In this document: in pieces, positions 1-10,810 of the stretch
Position numbering within the stretch: the first letter of the stretch is position 1
How the letters are laid out: the number at the start of each line of letters is the position of its first letter
Virus record (IMG/VR): IMGVR_UViG_3300023260_000003
Span: 1 to 37,996 of that record
DNA: 37,996 nt
Reading direction: 5' to 3' (one strand)
Source: a virus
Taxonomy: Duplodnaviria > Caudoviricetes
Notes under the pieces: model-generated
Databases searched by the model: none
The model's input: the letters and a program-made list of their open reading frames with translations, nothing else
What the model was told of the DNA's origin: nothing
Position numbers and translations under genes: made by a program

Positions 1-1872
1 AAAAACGCGAATATTAAATACACTAAGCAGATTTCGGAAATTTTCGACATCGCAAACGTGGCCTGTTCATTTACGAACTCATTCGAGTTTGAAAAAACCC
101 CGTTAAATACGCAGGCTATGGAGTTTTTAGGCATATCTGGCGACCAGTCAACTATACCTTACAAAAAAAATGATTCTATCTTAAAAGTGAATGGATTTGA
201 TTTAATATCAAAAGGGTGGTTTAATGTTTCGGGAACCGATAACAATTACAAAGGTTCGATTATTGACGGGATGATTGATTTTTTTAAGGCTATTGAAAAT
301 AAAACGCTTGGTGATAACTTGGACTTGTCAAATTTTGAGCATGAGAAAAACATGGCCACCGTTATAGCCAGTTTCACAAATGATTATTACACTTACATTA
401 TTGCGGATTACGGAGGCAAAACGCTTTTTGAATCAGGGATAAACATAGATTACTTGGCACCATGCTTTTCTGTTCTTAAACTTTGGGAATTAATATTTAG
501 CACGTTCGGTTTTCAATGCGATTACACTAATCTGTCTTATTTGGATGGTTTATACATAACTTATCCAAAAGATTTAGCACAAGGGCAAGTAAATACACCC
601 GTGGCAACATTGAAAAGAAACAATTTTACAGATGCGGGGCGCGTGACCGTGGCTGCAATATCCACAATAAGACCAGAATACAGATTTTGGGACGTTGCAA
701 CAATTATAGAGGGGAGTTTGATTGAGAATTGGAAATATGTAATTCCCGAAACACAAACGTATAATTTCAATTTAACTTCTGAAATGTACGTAATTTATAG
801 ATACCCCAGCAGGGCTAACAGGATTACAAACCCGCAAGTTACCATACTTAAAAACGGAGTTATAATAGGAACTATATTCAGTGATTTTGTAACCAATGTC
901 GATGGTATAGGCAACCCGAGAACATTAACTTTTAATTTGGTGTGTGATGTTGGGGATATTATAGAAATGGTGATTTCAGCACCAGTAAATATAATTATCA
1001 ATGGTCATGTTTATCGCAATTACGAATGGCGACACAATAACACTGACTTTATTATTTCAAAGACAGATTTAGGAACCACCAATTTACAAAACGAGTTTAA
1101 AGATTTTCAAATTAAAGACTTTATAAAGGAAATTATTTGGCGCACTGGGCTAACCCCTGTCTTTGATAAAATAAGTAACAATGTAAACTTTATACCCTTA
1201 GACGATAGAGTTGATTTTAATCTAGCACAGGACTTATCAGGCTACTTCATTGAGAGAACTAACGAGATTTGTCAAAACGATTATGCACAAAAAAACGCAT
1301 TCAGATTAAAAAAAAATAATGATACTGATTTTACGGGTGACGGATATTTGTATGTACCAAACAAGAACTTAGAAGATGAGAAAACAATTGTTCAATCAAA
1401 AATTTATGCTCCCGATAAAAAAATAGTAACCGAATTTTTAGGGTTTACCACAAATCAATACAGGATATGGCAAACCGAAAGCAAAGAGAATGACGATAAT
1501 GAAATAATTATAACCTACAAAGGATTATCAGGCCGTTTTTATTTTATAAGAAAGCAGACCGTAACGGGTTCTTTTAAAATTATATCTGAAATATTGGAAG
1601 ATGAAGAAATCGTTTCCAGTATTCCTATAGGGATAAACACTAACACATTATTCGAAGAGGCTATTTATAATAACTATTCAGAGTATCAAAAGATTTTTAC
1701 AAATTTCAGAGTACACACAATTCGATTAGACATAACAGAAATGATTTTTTTGGGTTTGGACTTAACACGCCCCGTTTATTTCAAACAAGAAAATGCTTAT
1801 TATATCTGTAATAAAGTTCCTTTTCAAGAGGGGGAATTTTCAAGTGGTGAGTTTATTAAAATAAACAAATGA
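1..1872 (+). CDS. Minor tail / tail-tip structural protein, 5'-truncated
   Basis: Frame is open from base 1 (KNANIKYTKQISEIFDIANVACSFTNSF), so the GTG at 58 is probably internal; large gene directly before the tape measure gene. Confidence 0.6.
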   Translation, partial: KNANIKYTKQISEIFDIANVACSFTNSFEFEKTPLNTQAMEFLGISGDQSTIPYKKNDSILKVNGFDLISKGWFNVSGTDNNYKGSIIDGMIDFFKAIENKTLGDNLDLSNFEHEKNMATVIASFTNDYYTYIIADYGGKTLFESGINIDYLAPCFSVLKLWELIFSTFGFQCDYTNLSYLDGLYITYPKDLAQGQVNTPVATLKRNNFTDAGRVTVAAISTIRPEYRFWDVATIIEGSLIENWKYVIPETQTYNFNLTSEMYVIYRYPSRANRITNPQVTILKNGVIIGTIFSDFVTNVDGIGNPRTLTFNLVCDVGDIIEMVISAPVNIIINGHVYRNYEWRHNNTDFIISKTDLGTTNLQNEFKDFQIKDFIKEIIWRTGLTPVFDKISNNVNFIPLDDRVDFNLAQDLSGYFIERTNEICQNDYAQKNAFRLKKNNDTDFTGDGYLYVPNKNLEDEKTIVQSKIYAPDKKIVTEFLGFTTNQYRIWQTESKENDDNEIIITYKGLSGRFYFIRKQTVTGSFKIISEILEDEEIVSSIPIGINTNTLFEEAIYNNYSEYQKIFTNFRVHTIRLDITEMIFLGLDLTRPVYFKQENAYYICNKVPFQEGEFSSGEFIKINK

Positions 1873-1876
1873 TGTC

Positions 1877-4705
1877 ATGGCAGAGGTGATTCAATTAGCG
1901 GGGTTTGATTTAGACACTACAAAACTTCAAAAAAGTTTAAGCGAACTACAGGACACCTATTTCGATTTGCGAAAGGAACAAAAAGCCTATGCCGACCAAT
2001 CAAAAGAAACTGCAAAGCAAATTGATTTGTTGCAAAAATCACAAGTAGCGTTAACAGAAGCGGCAGGAGATAACAGCCAAGAAATTGAAAAAAATGATAA
2101 AGAACTACAGGATTTACTTAAAACGCAGAAAGACCTTTATAAGTCAGAACAAAATTTGGGCATTCAAATGGGGACTGTTCGTAAAGAAATAAACCAAACC
2201 ACCACCCAGTTAAGAGCCTATCAGGATGCAGAAGGTAAAACCAAATCTTTGATTGATTTGGGTAATGATGCATTAGGCAGACAAATCAAAAATAAAAATG
2301 ATGCGAGGGCCGCTAATATTGCACTTAACAATGTGGCCAATCAATTAAACCCAAACATTGAGGAAGAGGCGGCGTTATTGAAAGAGCTTAATTCCCAAAT
2401 GGATAAAAATACGGAATTTATAAAAGAAAATTCCAGCGCAATTGCTAATCAAAAAATGAATGTTGGTAATTATACTGAATCAATAGAAGAGGCTTTGAAA
2501 GCTCAACAGGCATTTAGCGGAGGCATAGGCGGTTTTATATCTCAATCAAAGGATGCAGGCGGGGCGGGAAATGTTTTATCGGGGGCTTTTACTGCTATAA
2601 GAACGGGGATATTAGGAGCGTTAAAAGCGGGACTTGCTTTTATAGCCACTCCAATTGGTGCGGTTATCGCTGCGCTTGCAGTTTCTGTCGGAGCTGTAGT
2701 AGGTGCTTTTAAATTAGCTAAAGCATCATTACAAAGTACCGAGCAAGGAACGCAAAGACTCGCTGTTGTAACGGGAGCGATTACAGGGGTATTTAACGGC
2801 TTATTTAAGATTGTTAAGCCTTTGGGGTTGTTCTTTGCTGATGTGTTTATAAAAACGTTGGAAAACGTTGGGAACGTAGCTGAAAAAACAATGGGACTTA
2901 TTGCCGATGCTTTGGAATTTGTGGGAGCGGATGAAACGGCAAAAGGAATTAGAAACTTTACAGAGGAAGTTAAAAACGCTTCTGCCGCTAGTGTAAATCT
3001 AGCCAAAGCAGAGGGTGAACTTGCAACACAACAAAGACAGGCCACAAAAATTCAATTAGACTATCAAAAACAAGCCGAAAAATTAAGACAGCAAAGGGAC
3101 GACGAAACAAAATCTATTTCTGAAAGGATTGCCATAAATAATCAATTAGGTAATGTGTTGCAAAAACAATCCGCTTCCGAGTTGGCAATAGCTAACAAAG
3201 CGTTGCAAGTAGCGAACCTTAAAATTAAAGCCGAAGGCGAGACAACAGAAGCTTTAAATCAAAGAGCAGAGGCGCAAACTAATATCTCAGACATTCAAGA
3301 GCGTATCACGGGGCAAGAATCTGAACAGCTGGCAAATTTAAATTCATTACGAAAAGAAGCGGCCGACAAACAAAAAGAATTAGACGAGCAAGCTATTGAA
3401 AGAGCGTTAACAAAATCACGTGCTGAGATTGATTTATTCATAGCTAACCAAGGATTCAAGAAAAAATCTTTAGAAGAGGAATATGCCTTTAACAAGCAAT
3501 TATTAGATAAAGAACTTGCTGATTTAAAATTGCAATATGACAAAAAGAAAATATCGGCTACGGAATACGAATTGGGTAAAGCACAATTGGCTGTTGATTT
3601 CGCTGCAAAAAATGCGGAGCTGGTTATTGCGAATGCCGAATTAGAAGTTAATGCACAATTAGAAAAGAATCAAAGAATACTAGATAACGATCGTTTTTTA
3701 TCCGATGAACAGCTAAAAATAAAACAGACAGCACTTGCAAATAATTTAATTGCTGAACAGACATATCAGGCTACTTTATTAGAGCAAGGCAAAATAAATC
3801 AGCAAGAATATAACGCTGCGATAAATACTATCAATGAAGAAAACCGCTTAGCAAATGAAGAATTAGAAATTGAAAGACAAGCGGCCGAACAGGAAAAGCA
3901 ATTACTAGATTTAGAAAATCAAAAAGCGGCGCAAGCAGATAATTTCATCGCACAAGCCGAAATACAAACCGCCCAAAATGAAATAAAAAGACAACAGGAA
4001 ATTGCCAACGCTGAAAAAACGGGTGCCAGCATAACAGACATAAATGCAAAATACGCTAAACAGGCCGAAGATATTGAAAGCCAAAAGCAAGCTAATAAAG
4101 TGCAATTGGCAAGCGATGCTTTTGGAAGTCTAGCTTCCATATTTGGAGCTGAAAGCAAAGCGGGAAAAGCCGCCGCAATAGCTCAAACAACTATAGACAC
4201 ATACAAGTCTGCTCAATCAGCCTTTAGTTCGCTGTCAGGCATTCCAATAGTCGGGCCGATTTTAGGGGCTATCGCCGCCGCCGCCGCTATTGCTGCGGGT
4301 ATTGCCAATGTGAAAAAGATTACATCTACAAAAGAGCCTTCTGTTGTTAAACAACCTTCTTATGCGGGTGGAGTTATTGGATTGCGGGGTGCTGGTGGCG
4401 CAACGAGCGATAATGTTTCATCTAATTTATCTGTGGGTGAAAGCGTTATCAATGCAAAAAGCACGGGAATGTTTGCCAACGAATTGGCGGCGATTAATCA
4501 AGCTGGGGGTGGTGTCGGTATTAATGGGGCATCTAATATTTTAAATCAAAATCAAATAGACAGCAACGCTAATAATTCACAAATGGCTCAAATAATTGCC
4601 GAGGCTGTGGCTGTCGGTGCGGAGGCTGGAACTGCAAAAGGTTCTCAAAACGGAATTAAAGGATTAAGCGACGACCGTAAAGTAATGGCAGATGCGAAGT
4701 TTTAA
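1877..4705 (+). CDS. Tail tape measure protein
   Basis: 942 aa, long A/E/Q/K coiled coils, G/A-rich hydrophobic segments, C-terminal YAGG..GAGGATSD..LSVGESVINA motif. Confidence 0.85.
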   Translation: MAEVIQLAGFDLDTTKLQKSLSELQDTYFDLRKEQKAYADQSKETAKQIDLLQKSQVALTEAAGDNSQEIEKNDKELQDLLKTQKDLYKSEQNLGIQMGTVRKEINQTTTQLRAYQDAEGKTKSLIDLGNDALGRQIKNKNDARAANIALNNVANQLNPNIEEEAALLKELNSQMDKNTEFIKENSSAIANQKMNVGNYTESIEEALKAQQAFSGGIGGFISQSKDAGGAGNVLSGAFTAIRTGILGALKAGLAFIATPIGAVIAALAVSVGAVVGAFKLAKASLQSTEQGTQRLAVVTGAITGVFNGLFKIVKPLGLFFADVFIKTLENVGNVAEKTMGLIADALEFVGADETAKGIRNFTEEVKNASAASVNLAKAEGELATQQRQATKIQLDYQKQAEKLRQQRDDETKSISERIAINNQLGNVLQKQSASELAIANKALQVANLKIKAEGETTEALNQRAEAQTNISDIQERITGQESEQLANLNSLRKEAADKQKELDEQAIERALTKSRAEIDLFIANQGFKKKSLEEEYAFNKQLLDKELADLKLQYDKKKISATEYELGKAQLAVDFAAKNAELVIANAELEVNAQLEKNQRILDNDRFLSDEQLKIKQTALANNLIAEQTYQATLLEQGKINQQEYNAAINTINEENRLANEELEIERQAAEQEKQLLDLENQKAAQADNFIAQAEIQTAQNEIKRQQEIANAEKTGASITDINAKYAKQAEDIESQKQANKVQLASDAFGSLASIFGAESKAGKAAAIAQTTIDTYKSAQSAFSSLSGIPIVGPILGAIAAAAAIAAGIANVKKITSTKEPSVVKQPSYAGGVIGLRGAGGATSDNVSSNLSVGESVINAKSTGMFANELAAINQAGGGVGINGASNILNQNQIDSNANNSQMAQIIAEAVAVGAEAGTAKGSQNGIKGLSDDRKVMADAKF

Positions 4706-4982
4706 AAAGAAAATAAAAACAGTAATTAAAAAAGGATTTGACCCTATAAAAATCGGTGTTTATAATTTTAAGCACCCCGATTCAGACACGGAGGCTTTGG
4801 CAATTGAGAGAAAAAACACGTGCATTGATTGTCCTTTGTATGTACACGAACCTATATTTTTTTTCAGAGTAACCGACCCACGAATTGTGGAGTTATCAAA
4901 TAAAATGTGCGATGATTGCGGTTGTACATTATCTTACAAGTTAAGACAGTCAATTGAAAAGTGCGAAAAATGGCAAAGGTAG
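4692..4982 (+). CDS. Cys-rich hypothetical protein, possible Zn binding
   Basis: CIDC...CDDCGC...C; overlaps both neighbours. Confidence 0.6.
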   Translation: MRSFKKKIKTVIKKGFDPIKIGVYNFKHPDSDTEALAIERKNTCIDCPLYVHEPIFFFRVTDPRIVELSNKMCDDCGCTLSYKLRQSIEKCEKWQR

Positions 4983-5200
4983 CTGACTATATTAGTAAAA
5001 ACATGGGAGTTGTAAAAACGCTTGTTAAAATCGGAAAGCTTCCATTGTCTGTAATGAATGATTACGATATGTTTAAAATGTGGCAAGGCACGGAACATGA
5101 AAAATCACAGATGCAAAGGTATAAAACCGTTGCTAAAACTTTTAAAGTATCTGACCGTTCCGTTATCCGTGCCGTTTCCGAAATGAAAAAGAATATTTAA
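4970..5200 (+). CDS. Small protein with C-terminal HTH-like motif
   Basis: ATG at 4970 preferred over GTG 4961; YKTVAKTFKVSDRSVIRAV resembles a helix-turn-helix. Confidence 0.5.
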   Translation: MAKVADYISKNMGVVKTLVKIGKLPLSVMNDYDMFKMWQGTEHEKSQMQRYKTVAKTFKVSDRSVIRAVSEMKKNI

Positions 5201-5436
5201 TACTTTGGCGCGCCACCAAAACAATAAGATTCGTTTTTGTTTATTTCTTCATACTTAGAAGCGGAAACCTCCTTTGTGCCATAATCGGACAATGTAAAAT
5301 AATAGGTGTATTTTCCATTTTCATAAACACGGTTTTTCTCCGTTACTACATAACATTTTTCTTGGTTGGAGTTATCATCATCTTTAGAACATGAAACTCC
5401 CAACAAAACAACAGCTAATAAAATCAATCTTTTCAT
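5197..5436 (-). CDS. Predicted surface lipoprotein (moron)
   Basis: MKRLILLAVVLLGVSC signal peptide II followed by SKDDD; has its own promoter. Confidence 0.8.
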   Translation of the reverse strand: MKRLILLAVVLLGVSCSKDDDNSNQEKCYVVTEKNRVYENGKYTYYFTLSDYGTKEVSASKYEEINKNESYCFGGAPKY

Positions 5437-5459
5437 AATATAATATTTAAATTAAAGCA

Positions 5460-5491
5460 CAAACATACAAAATAAAATAATTTATTTTGTA
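5460..5491 (-). promoter_or_regulatory. Bacteroidota -7 promoter element overlapping a palindromic operator candidate
   Basis: TATGTTTG on minus strand at 5460-5467; TACAAAATA-N8-TATTTTGTA at 5466-5491. Confidence 0.6.
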
Positions 5492-5601
5492 TAATTTATG
5501 TTAAAGTTTATTTGTCCCTGTTTTCATTTGACAAAAAACTTATAAATGAATTTCAAACCTTCGATTATATCCGTGCGTAATTTTATTAAAAGTTTCATAA
5601 G

Positions 5602-6684
5602 ATGCACGAAATCAAGATATACGGTGAGGTTATTCCATTTGAAGACGACTTTGGCGACGGTTATGTAAACCTTTCAAATGTTCAAAACCAATTAGAGCAA
5701 GCAAACGGAAAAGACATAAAAGTCCGTATTCGTTCAATGGGCGGTGATGTTCAAACAGGATTTGACATTTACAATGAGCTAAGACGTTACGCCCGAGAAA
5801 ACAACGCAAAAGTTCAAACACTTGGAGAGGGCTTTTTAGCATCTATTGCAACAGTGTTTTTTTTAGCTGGTGACGAGAGAATCTTAACCGAAAACACAAA
5901 CCCTTTTTTGCATAATGCATGGACTTATACTATAGGTGATTCAAAAGAATTACTGCGTACCTCAGTTGAGCTAAAAACTTGTAATAATAAAATAGCGGCA
6001 CATTATGCCTTACATACTGATTTGACCAAAGAAGAGGCTTTGCAGTTAATGGAAAACGAAACCTCAATAACTCCCAAAGAAGCAAAAAAAATGCGCTTTG
6101 CAACCGCTATCGAAGAGGTTTTAAGACCCGTGGCACTAAAAAGATTTACTACTAATATTAAACCAAACACGATGAACAAAAGAGCAAAATTAATACTTAC
6201 CAACGCCGCTAAAGTATTGGGACTTATTTCCAATAAACTTGTTGCAACCGCTGCAGGGAGTGAGTTAGATTTTTATGAGTTGGAAGATGATGCGGTCGTC
6301 GCTATTGGCGATAAAGCTTATTATGACGGTGTGGATGCTGAGGGTAGCTACCTAATGCCAAACGATGAAACCTACGTTTTTGTCGCTGGTGAGTTAACTG
6401 AAATACAACCCCCGATATTAGATAACCAAGATGAAGAAATCGATTTAGCCGAGGCAAACGCAACTATAAAACTTCTTACTGAGCAGTTGGAAACTGTTAC
6501 TAATAAAGTAACGGATTTAGTAGCATCAAATAAAGCTAAAGATGCAACTATTGCAGGTTATAAAGCAATGTCAAAACCAGCCCCCGTAAACGGCAAACCT
6601 ACTCCACGCATTAACGTGCCAGCTCCAGAACCTTCTGCTACTTCAAAAGCAGTTGCACAAATGATAAAACATAAAACTAGATAG
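5602..6684 (+). CDS. ClpP-like (S14) prohead protease with scaffold-like C-terminus
   Basis: IRSMGGDV, GFLASIAT (Ser), FLHNAW (His); precedes the capsid gene; coiled-coil and Pro-rich tail. Confidence 0.88.
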   Translation: MHEIKIYGEVIPFEDDFGDGYVNLSNVQNQLEQANGKDIKVRIRSMGGDVQTGFDIYNELRRYARENNAKVQTLGEGFLASIATVFFLAGDERILTENTNPFLHNAWTYTIGDSKELLRTSVELKTCNNKIAAHYALHTDLTKEEALQLMENETSITPKEAKKMRFATAIEEVLRPVALKRFTTNIKPNTMNKRAKLILTNAAKVLGLISNKLVATAAGSELDFYELEDDAVVAIGDKAYYDGVDAEGSYLMPNDETYVFVAGELTEIQPPILDNQDEEIDLAEANATIKLLTEQLETVTNKVTDLVASNKAKDATIAGYKAMSKPAPVNGKPTPRINVPAPEPSATSKAVAQMIKHKTR

Positions 6685-6686
6685 AA

Positions 6687-7760
6687 ATGGCAATTACTCA
6701 CAACTTCGACACAGCAATTTTGGCGTTAATAAATGGACTTGTTCCAGCTGATACGGTAGATATTTCACAAGCAGTTTATACAAGTGCTTTTGAAGTGGGA
6801 GACATAGCCGACGGCCACCAAATTATCACAGGCGTTAGAACTGGGCAAGTAATACCCATTCTATCAAAAGCACCTAAATACGATTCATTCCCTTATAAAG
6901 ACCCGACTAACTGCGTAATCCCTGCGTGTGATTTGGATTTAGGTTTTGGGGCAAAAACTTGGGAGCTTGGAATGATTGCCTGTAAAATTCCAATTTGTAT
7001 CAATACGTTTGATGAAAATTTCTTATTGTTTTGGAATCAATACAAACGTGTTTTTGGTGATGCAGATTTATCAGGGGCATTAATGACTTATATCACAGAT
7101 ATATTCCAAAACAATCTAAACGCTGCAATATGGCGACAAGTTTGGTTTGGTGATACTGCTGCAACTACCAATATTTACTTAAAAGGTAATGACGGTATTT
7201 TCACGCAGGCCGAAGCAATGGACGGGACAAAAATCGTAATTGCTGAAAACGCTTTGGGGTCAGGGTTGACAGGCGAGGCGTTATACGCATACTTTAACGA
7301 GGCGTATCAAATAGCTTCCCTTTCCCCTTGGTGGAATCCAGCTACAGCCCAAATTGAAATGACTCAGGCAATGGCATCCGTTTTGGTGGCTTGGCTTAAT
7401 TCAATGGGCGACAGAACGGGTATTAATTGCGAATGTTTTTCACCTGATGGACTAACAGCACAAAGAACATTTTCTATTGATGCCAACTTAAAAATATTCG
7501 GTGTTAATATTCACGTTCACCGTGAATTTGACGGAATCATAAGCACTTTCGCTTTAGGCAATCCATACAGAGCAATTCTAACATCAAGCACAAACATTTT
7601 GATTGGTACTTCTGAACTCGATCAATTGCCAGCGTTTGACGTTTGGTATTCAAAAGACGACGACCAAATTTACATTAAAGGCGGTGCGAACGTTGGGGCT
7701 TCTTTAGTTACTAACGAGTATGTTTATTTAGGTGCGGAAACAGCATCACCAAGCGTATAA
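6687..7760 (+). CDS. Major capsid protein (putative)
   Basis: 357 aa directly after the protease; WRQVWFGD...DGIF pattern; position and size. Confidence 0.72.
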   Translation: MAITHNFDTAILALINGLVPADTVDISQAVYTSAFEVGDIADGHQIITGVRTGQVIPILSKAPKYDSFPYKDPTNCVIPACDLDLGFGAKTWELGMIACKIPICINTFDENFLLFWNQYKRVFGDADLSGALMTYITDIFQNNLNAAIWRQVWFGDTAATTNIYLKGNDGIFTQAEAMDGTKIVIAENALGSGLTGEALYAYFNEAYQIASLSPWWNPATAQIEMTQAMASVLVAWLNSMGDRTGINCECFSPDGLTAQRTFSIDANLKIFGVNIHVHREFDGIISTFALGNPYRAILTSSTNILIGTSELDQLPAFDVWYSKDDDQIYIKGGANVGASLVTNEYVYLGAETASPSV

Positions 7761-7777
7761 CCCTAAAATAAAAAGAC

Positions 7778-8377
7778 ATGGCAATTACTAGCATTTGCGG
7801 GTTATTAAAAAACGGTCAAGATGCTTCTTGCGTAGCTCCTACACGTCGTTATTATCAACAGGCTGTTTTAATTAACAAATCTGACATTGATACTTTCACG
7901 ATTAATAAGCCAACAGAGGAAGACCCAACGTGTAAATACAGTGTTGAGTTTTCTTTGAAAAGTGGCAAAACTGGTTATCGTTTTAGCGGCCCTGAGACTG
8001 GAAGCTCTTTTAAAGGGTATTTTGACAAAACAACTTCCGATTTGGGATATACCCAATACAAACACAACGCGCAAATCCTTGTCACTGGCTCCGATGAAGA
8101 GTCAAAATGTATTTTGGATTCACTAAGTAAAGGGCGTTTTGTTGTTGTATATCAATTTACCGACGGAACAGTTGAAGTTTACGGATTTGAGCAAGGTTTA
8201 ACAACAGGCGATTTTACCTATGATGTACAGGAAGGTGGAGGCGGTACGGCTGTTGTTTTATCTTCTTTAGATATTTCACCTGAAAATTTGGTGCCACTCG
8301 TTTACAAATCTGCTGTTGACGGCGGAGAGTCCGCAGACTTTGATTCTAATTTCGATAACGGTGCGCCAAGTGTTTAA
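7778..8377 (+). CDS. Virion structural protein (tail-tube-like?), paralog 1
   Basis: Follows the capsid gene; aligns end to end with 10807-11430. Confidence 0.55.
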   Translation: MAITSICGLLKNGQDASCVAPTRRYYQQAVLINKSDIDTFTINKPTEEDPTCKYSVEFSLKSGKTGYRFSGPETGSSFKGYFDKTTSDLGYTQYKHNAQILVTGSDEESKCILDSLSKGRFVVVYQFTDGTVEVYGFEQGLTTGDFTYDVQEGGGGTAVVLSSLDISPENLVPLVYKSAVDGGESADFDSNFDNGAPSV

Positions 8378-8382
8378 GTAAT

Positions 8383-8817
8383 ATGACAATTGAAGACTTA
8401 ATATTGATTGATAAACATAAGGTTAGGAGAGATTCTAGCCTTATGCATTTATACATACAATTCTTTAAAGAAACCTTTAATTACTTGCCAAATTGCGCGG
8501 GATGTTCCTTTGCTTCTGACTGGAATAAATTAATAACGTTTTATTCAAAAAAAAAATCATTCATACAAAAATCAAAAATCATGTCAAATAAAATAACCAT
8601 TAAAAAAGTACAGGGTAAAATTTTAACATATCAAAAAAATGGGAAGACTTACCGACTATACGATAACATTCTCACGGATGATTTTATAAAAGAATATGTT
8701 TCTAATGGTACACCCGAAGAAATAACCGAGAGAAAAAAACTTTTCAATTTTCCAACAAAAAACAATGATGCAATTGTTGAAGAAAAAAAAACAAAACCAC
8801 AAGGCAAAAAAAAGTAA
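8383..8817 (+). CDS. Hypothetical protein in head module
   Basis: 144 aa, CAGC motif, tightly packed in the operon. Confidence 0.55.
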   Translation: MTIEDLILIDKHKVRRDSSLMHLYIQFFKETFNYLPNCAGCSFASDWNKLITFYSKKKSFIQKSKIMSNKITIKKVQGKILTYQKNGKTYRLYDNILTDDFIKEYVSNGTPEEITERKKLFNFPTKNNDAIVEEKKTKPQGKKK

Positions 8818-8820
8818 ACA

Positions 8821-10239
8821 GTGGAAAATATAAAAACAGTTGGTAAGTTCAGAGCTAAATTCATTGAGCTTTATTCACGAGTTGTAAAATTATTCGAGGA
8901 TAAGAACCAGCCTATTTATTACAACGGTGAAAACAATCTTTACCCAAATGAAATTGAATTAGCAATTTTAAACAGTCCGACTGGTAAATCAGCATCAAAA
9001 ATATTTGCTAAATACATATCAGGCAAAGGAGTTGAGAATGATGTTGTTGTAAATGAAACAAAAAATTATAATTTATCAACCATTGTTAAAATAGCTTCTA
9101 CAAATATAGCTCGGCAATATGGTGTATTTTTTCACATAGGCCAAAGCATAAATAATGAACTTATATTAAAGCCTGTTTTAGATATTTTGGAATATACAAA
9201 GGTTAGAATAGGAAAAGAAGACGATAACGACTATATCACAAAATACTGGTTTAAAGACTGCGAGAAAACAAAATTATCAAACTGGAATAAAACAACCGAC
9301 GAGGCAACTTGGTATTACCCATACAACCCTAATCCGCAAGCTATTTTAGAACAAATCCAAAATGATTATGTTGATGCGGGAGGAAAGGAACCCGAGGCAG
9401 ATTTAGCTACAATGTTGCCTTACTATAGGGGGCAAGTTTATTACATGAATCTAACGCCCGAATTCAAATACGCTCTATCGCCTTTCGATGCTGTTTATAA
9501 TGATTTGGATTCTGAATACAGGGTATCAATGTACATAAACAGACAAGTACGAACAGGATTTTTAGGAAAAACCTATGTTGTAACGTCTGGACTTGATGAA
9601 GAGGCAGAAAAAAAAGTACAGGATGACGTCGCTTTATGGTTAGGTTCTGAAAATGTGGGAGGGACTTATCATTTATCTATCGGGGCTGTTGATGATATTG
9701 ATAAGGTTTTTAAGGTTGGTCAAGTAAAAGGTGAAATTGATGAAAAATTATTCACAGAAACAAAAGTAACCATTAAAAGCAACATCTATTCAGCTGCTAA
9801 TAATGTCCCTGAACAGCTGGTAAAATCTGAAACGTCTTTATTTGGTACCCAATCGGAGACTTACATCGAAATGAAAAAGTTTTATACAGAACAAACCTAC
9901 GAAGAGCGTAACGAACTCGAAAAAACTTTAAAATACCTTGGATTTGATTGTAAAATTATTCCTATAGTAGATATAACCGCAAAAGAACTGATAACCACAG
10001 GACAGGAAATACAAGTAGATGATGCCACCAAAGAGGCACAAGCAAATTTGCGCGGTTCGGTTGGTGGTGTTACGGGTGTTTTGCAAGTTCAGACATCATA
10101 CAGTCAAGGACTAACTGACTATCAAAGTGCTATTACAATATTCACGGAAATTTACGGCTTCACGCGAGAGGTTGCCGATGCTCTTTTAGGTAATCCAGAA
10201 AAAACAACAGACAATGAACCTCCTACCCCTTCAATATAA
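8821..10239 (+). CDS. Portal protein (putative)
   Basis: 472 aa, N-terminal YNGENNLYP...LNSPT motif, located in the head module. Confidence 0.68.
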   Translation: MENIKTVGKFRAKFIELYSRVVKLFEDKNQPIYYNGENNLYPNEIELAILNSPTGKSASKIFAKYISGKGVENDVVVNETKNYNLSTIVKIASTNIARQYGVFFHIGQSINNELILKPVLDILEYTKVRIGKEDDNDYITKYWFKDCEKTKLSNWNKTTDEATWYYPYNPNPQAILEQIQNDYVDAGGKEPEADLATMLPYYRGQVYYMNLTPEFKYALSPFDAVYNDLDSEYRVSMYINRQVRTGFLGKTYVVTSGLDEEAEKKVQDDVALWLGSENVGGTYHLSIGAVDDIDKVFKVGQVKGEIDEKLFTETKVTIKSNIYSAANNVPEQLVKSETSLFGTQSETYIEMKKFYTEQTYEERNELEKTLKYLGFDCKIIPIVDITAKELITTGQEIQVDDATKEAQANLRGSVGGVTGVLQVQTSYSQGLTDYQSAITIFTEIYGFTREVADALLGNPEKTTDNEPPTPSI

Positions 10240-10810
10240 CTGTTTGGGAATTATAGCCCAACACTGCGACCTTTCAAAATTATGCATCGCTGAAAATGAA
10301 GCATCCAATTTTGATATGGCAGAATTGTTTTGTGATTTTTGGGTGGATATTGAAGCTATAAACACGGAAATAAAGGATTATGATGAAGCCACCGAACCAA
10401 AGCCACCCATTCCTATAGATTACGACTTAAAAAAAGAATTATTAGAAGGCGGCACCTATATTGATTGCAGGGGAAAATTAAAACCGTTCGAAGGTGTTTA
10501 TAAAATATTGGCTTACTACAGCTATTCACGGTATATTATTTTAAACGGCTTTTCGGATTCCCCAAATGGGTTGGTACAAAAAACTAACGAGTTTTCAATT
10601 CCAAAACCATTAAAAGAACTGGAACAATTTTCCGATAAGTATAGAAACATGGGATTGATTTCCTTTGGAAGAACCCAAAGCTTTATCTGTCAAAATTCAG
10701 ATGTGTTTACTTATAGTCATTGTCCCGCTTCAAATTGTAATTGTGGTGCAAATTGCGGAACAACCAAAGCAAAGGGTTACGGTTTTAAAAGTAAAAATGT
10801 AGAAAAATGA
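10214..10810 (+). CDS. Head-tail connector/adaptor (putative)
   Basis: Follows the portal gene; LLEGGTY...GVYKILAYYSYSRY. Confidence 0.5.
   Translation: MNLLPLQYNCLGIIAQHCDLSKLCIAENEASNFDMAELFCDFWVDIEAINTEIKDYDEATEPKPPIPIDYDLKKELLEGGTYIDCRGKLKPFEGVYKILAYYSYSRYIILNGFSDSPNGLVQKTNEFSIPKPLKELEQFSDKYRNMGLISFGRTQSFICQNSDVFTYSHCPASNCNCGANCGTTKAKGYGFKSKNVEK

Noticed and set aside
2542-4158. Minus-strand ORFs inside the tape measure gene
   Set aside because: Antisense shadows of an Ala-rich coding frame; no motifs or promoters
8806-8848. A AAA AAG slippery sequence before the 8817 stop
   Set aside because: The -1 frame closes within about ten codons and does not join the portal frame
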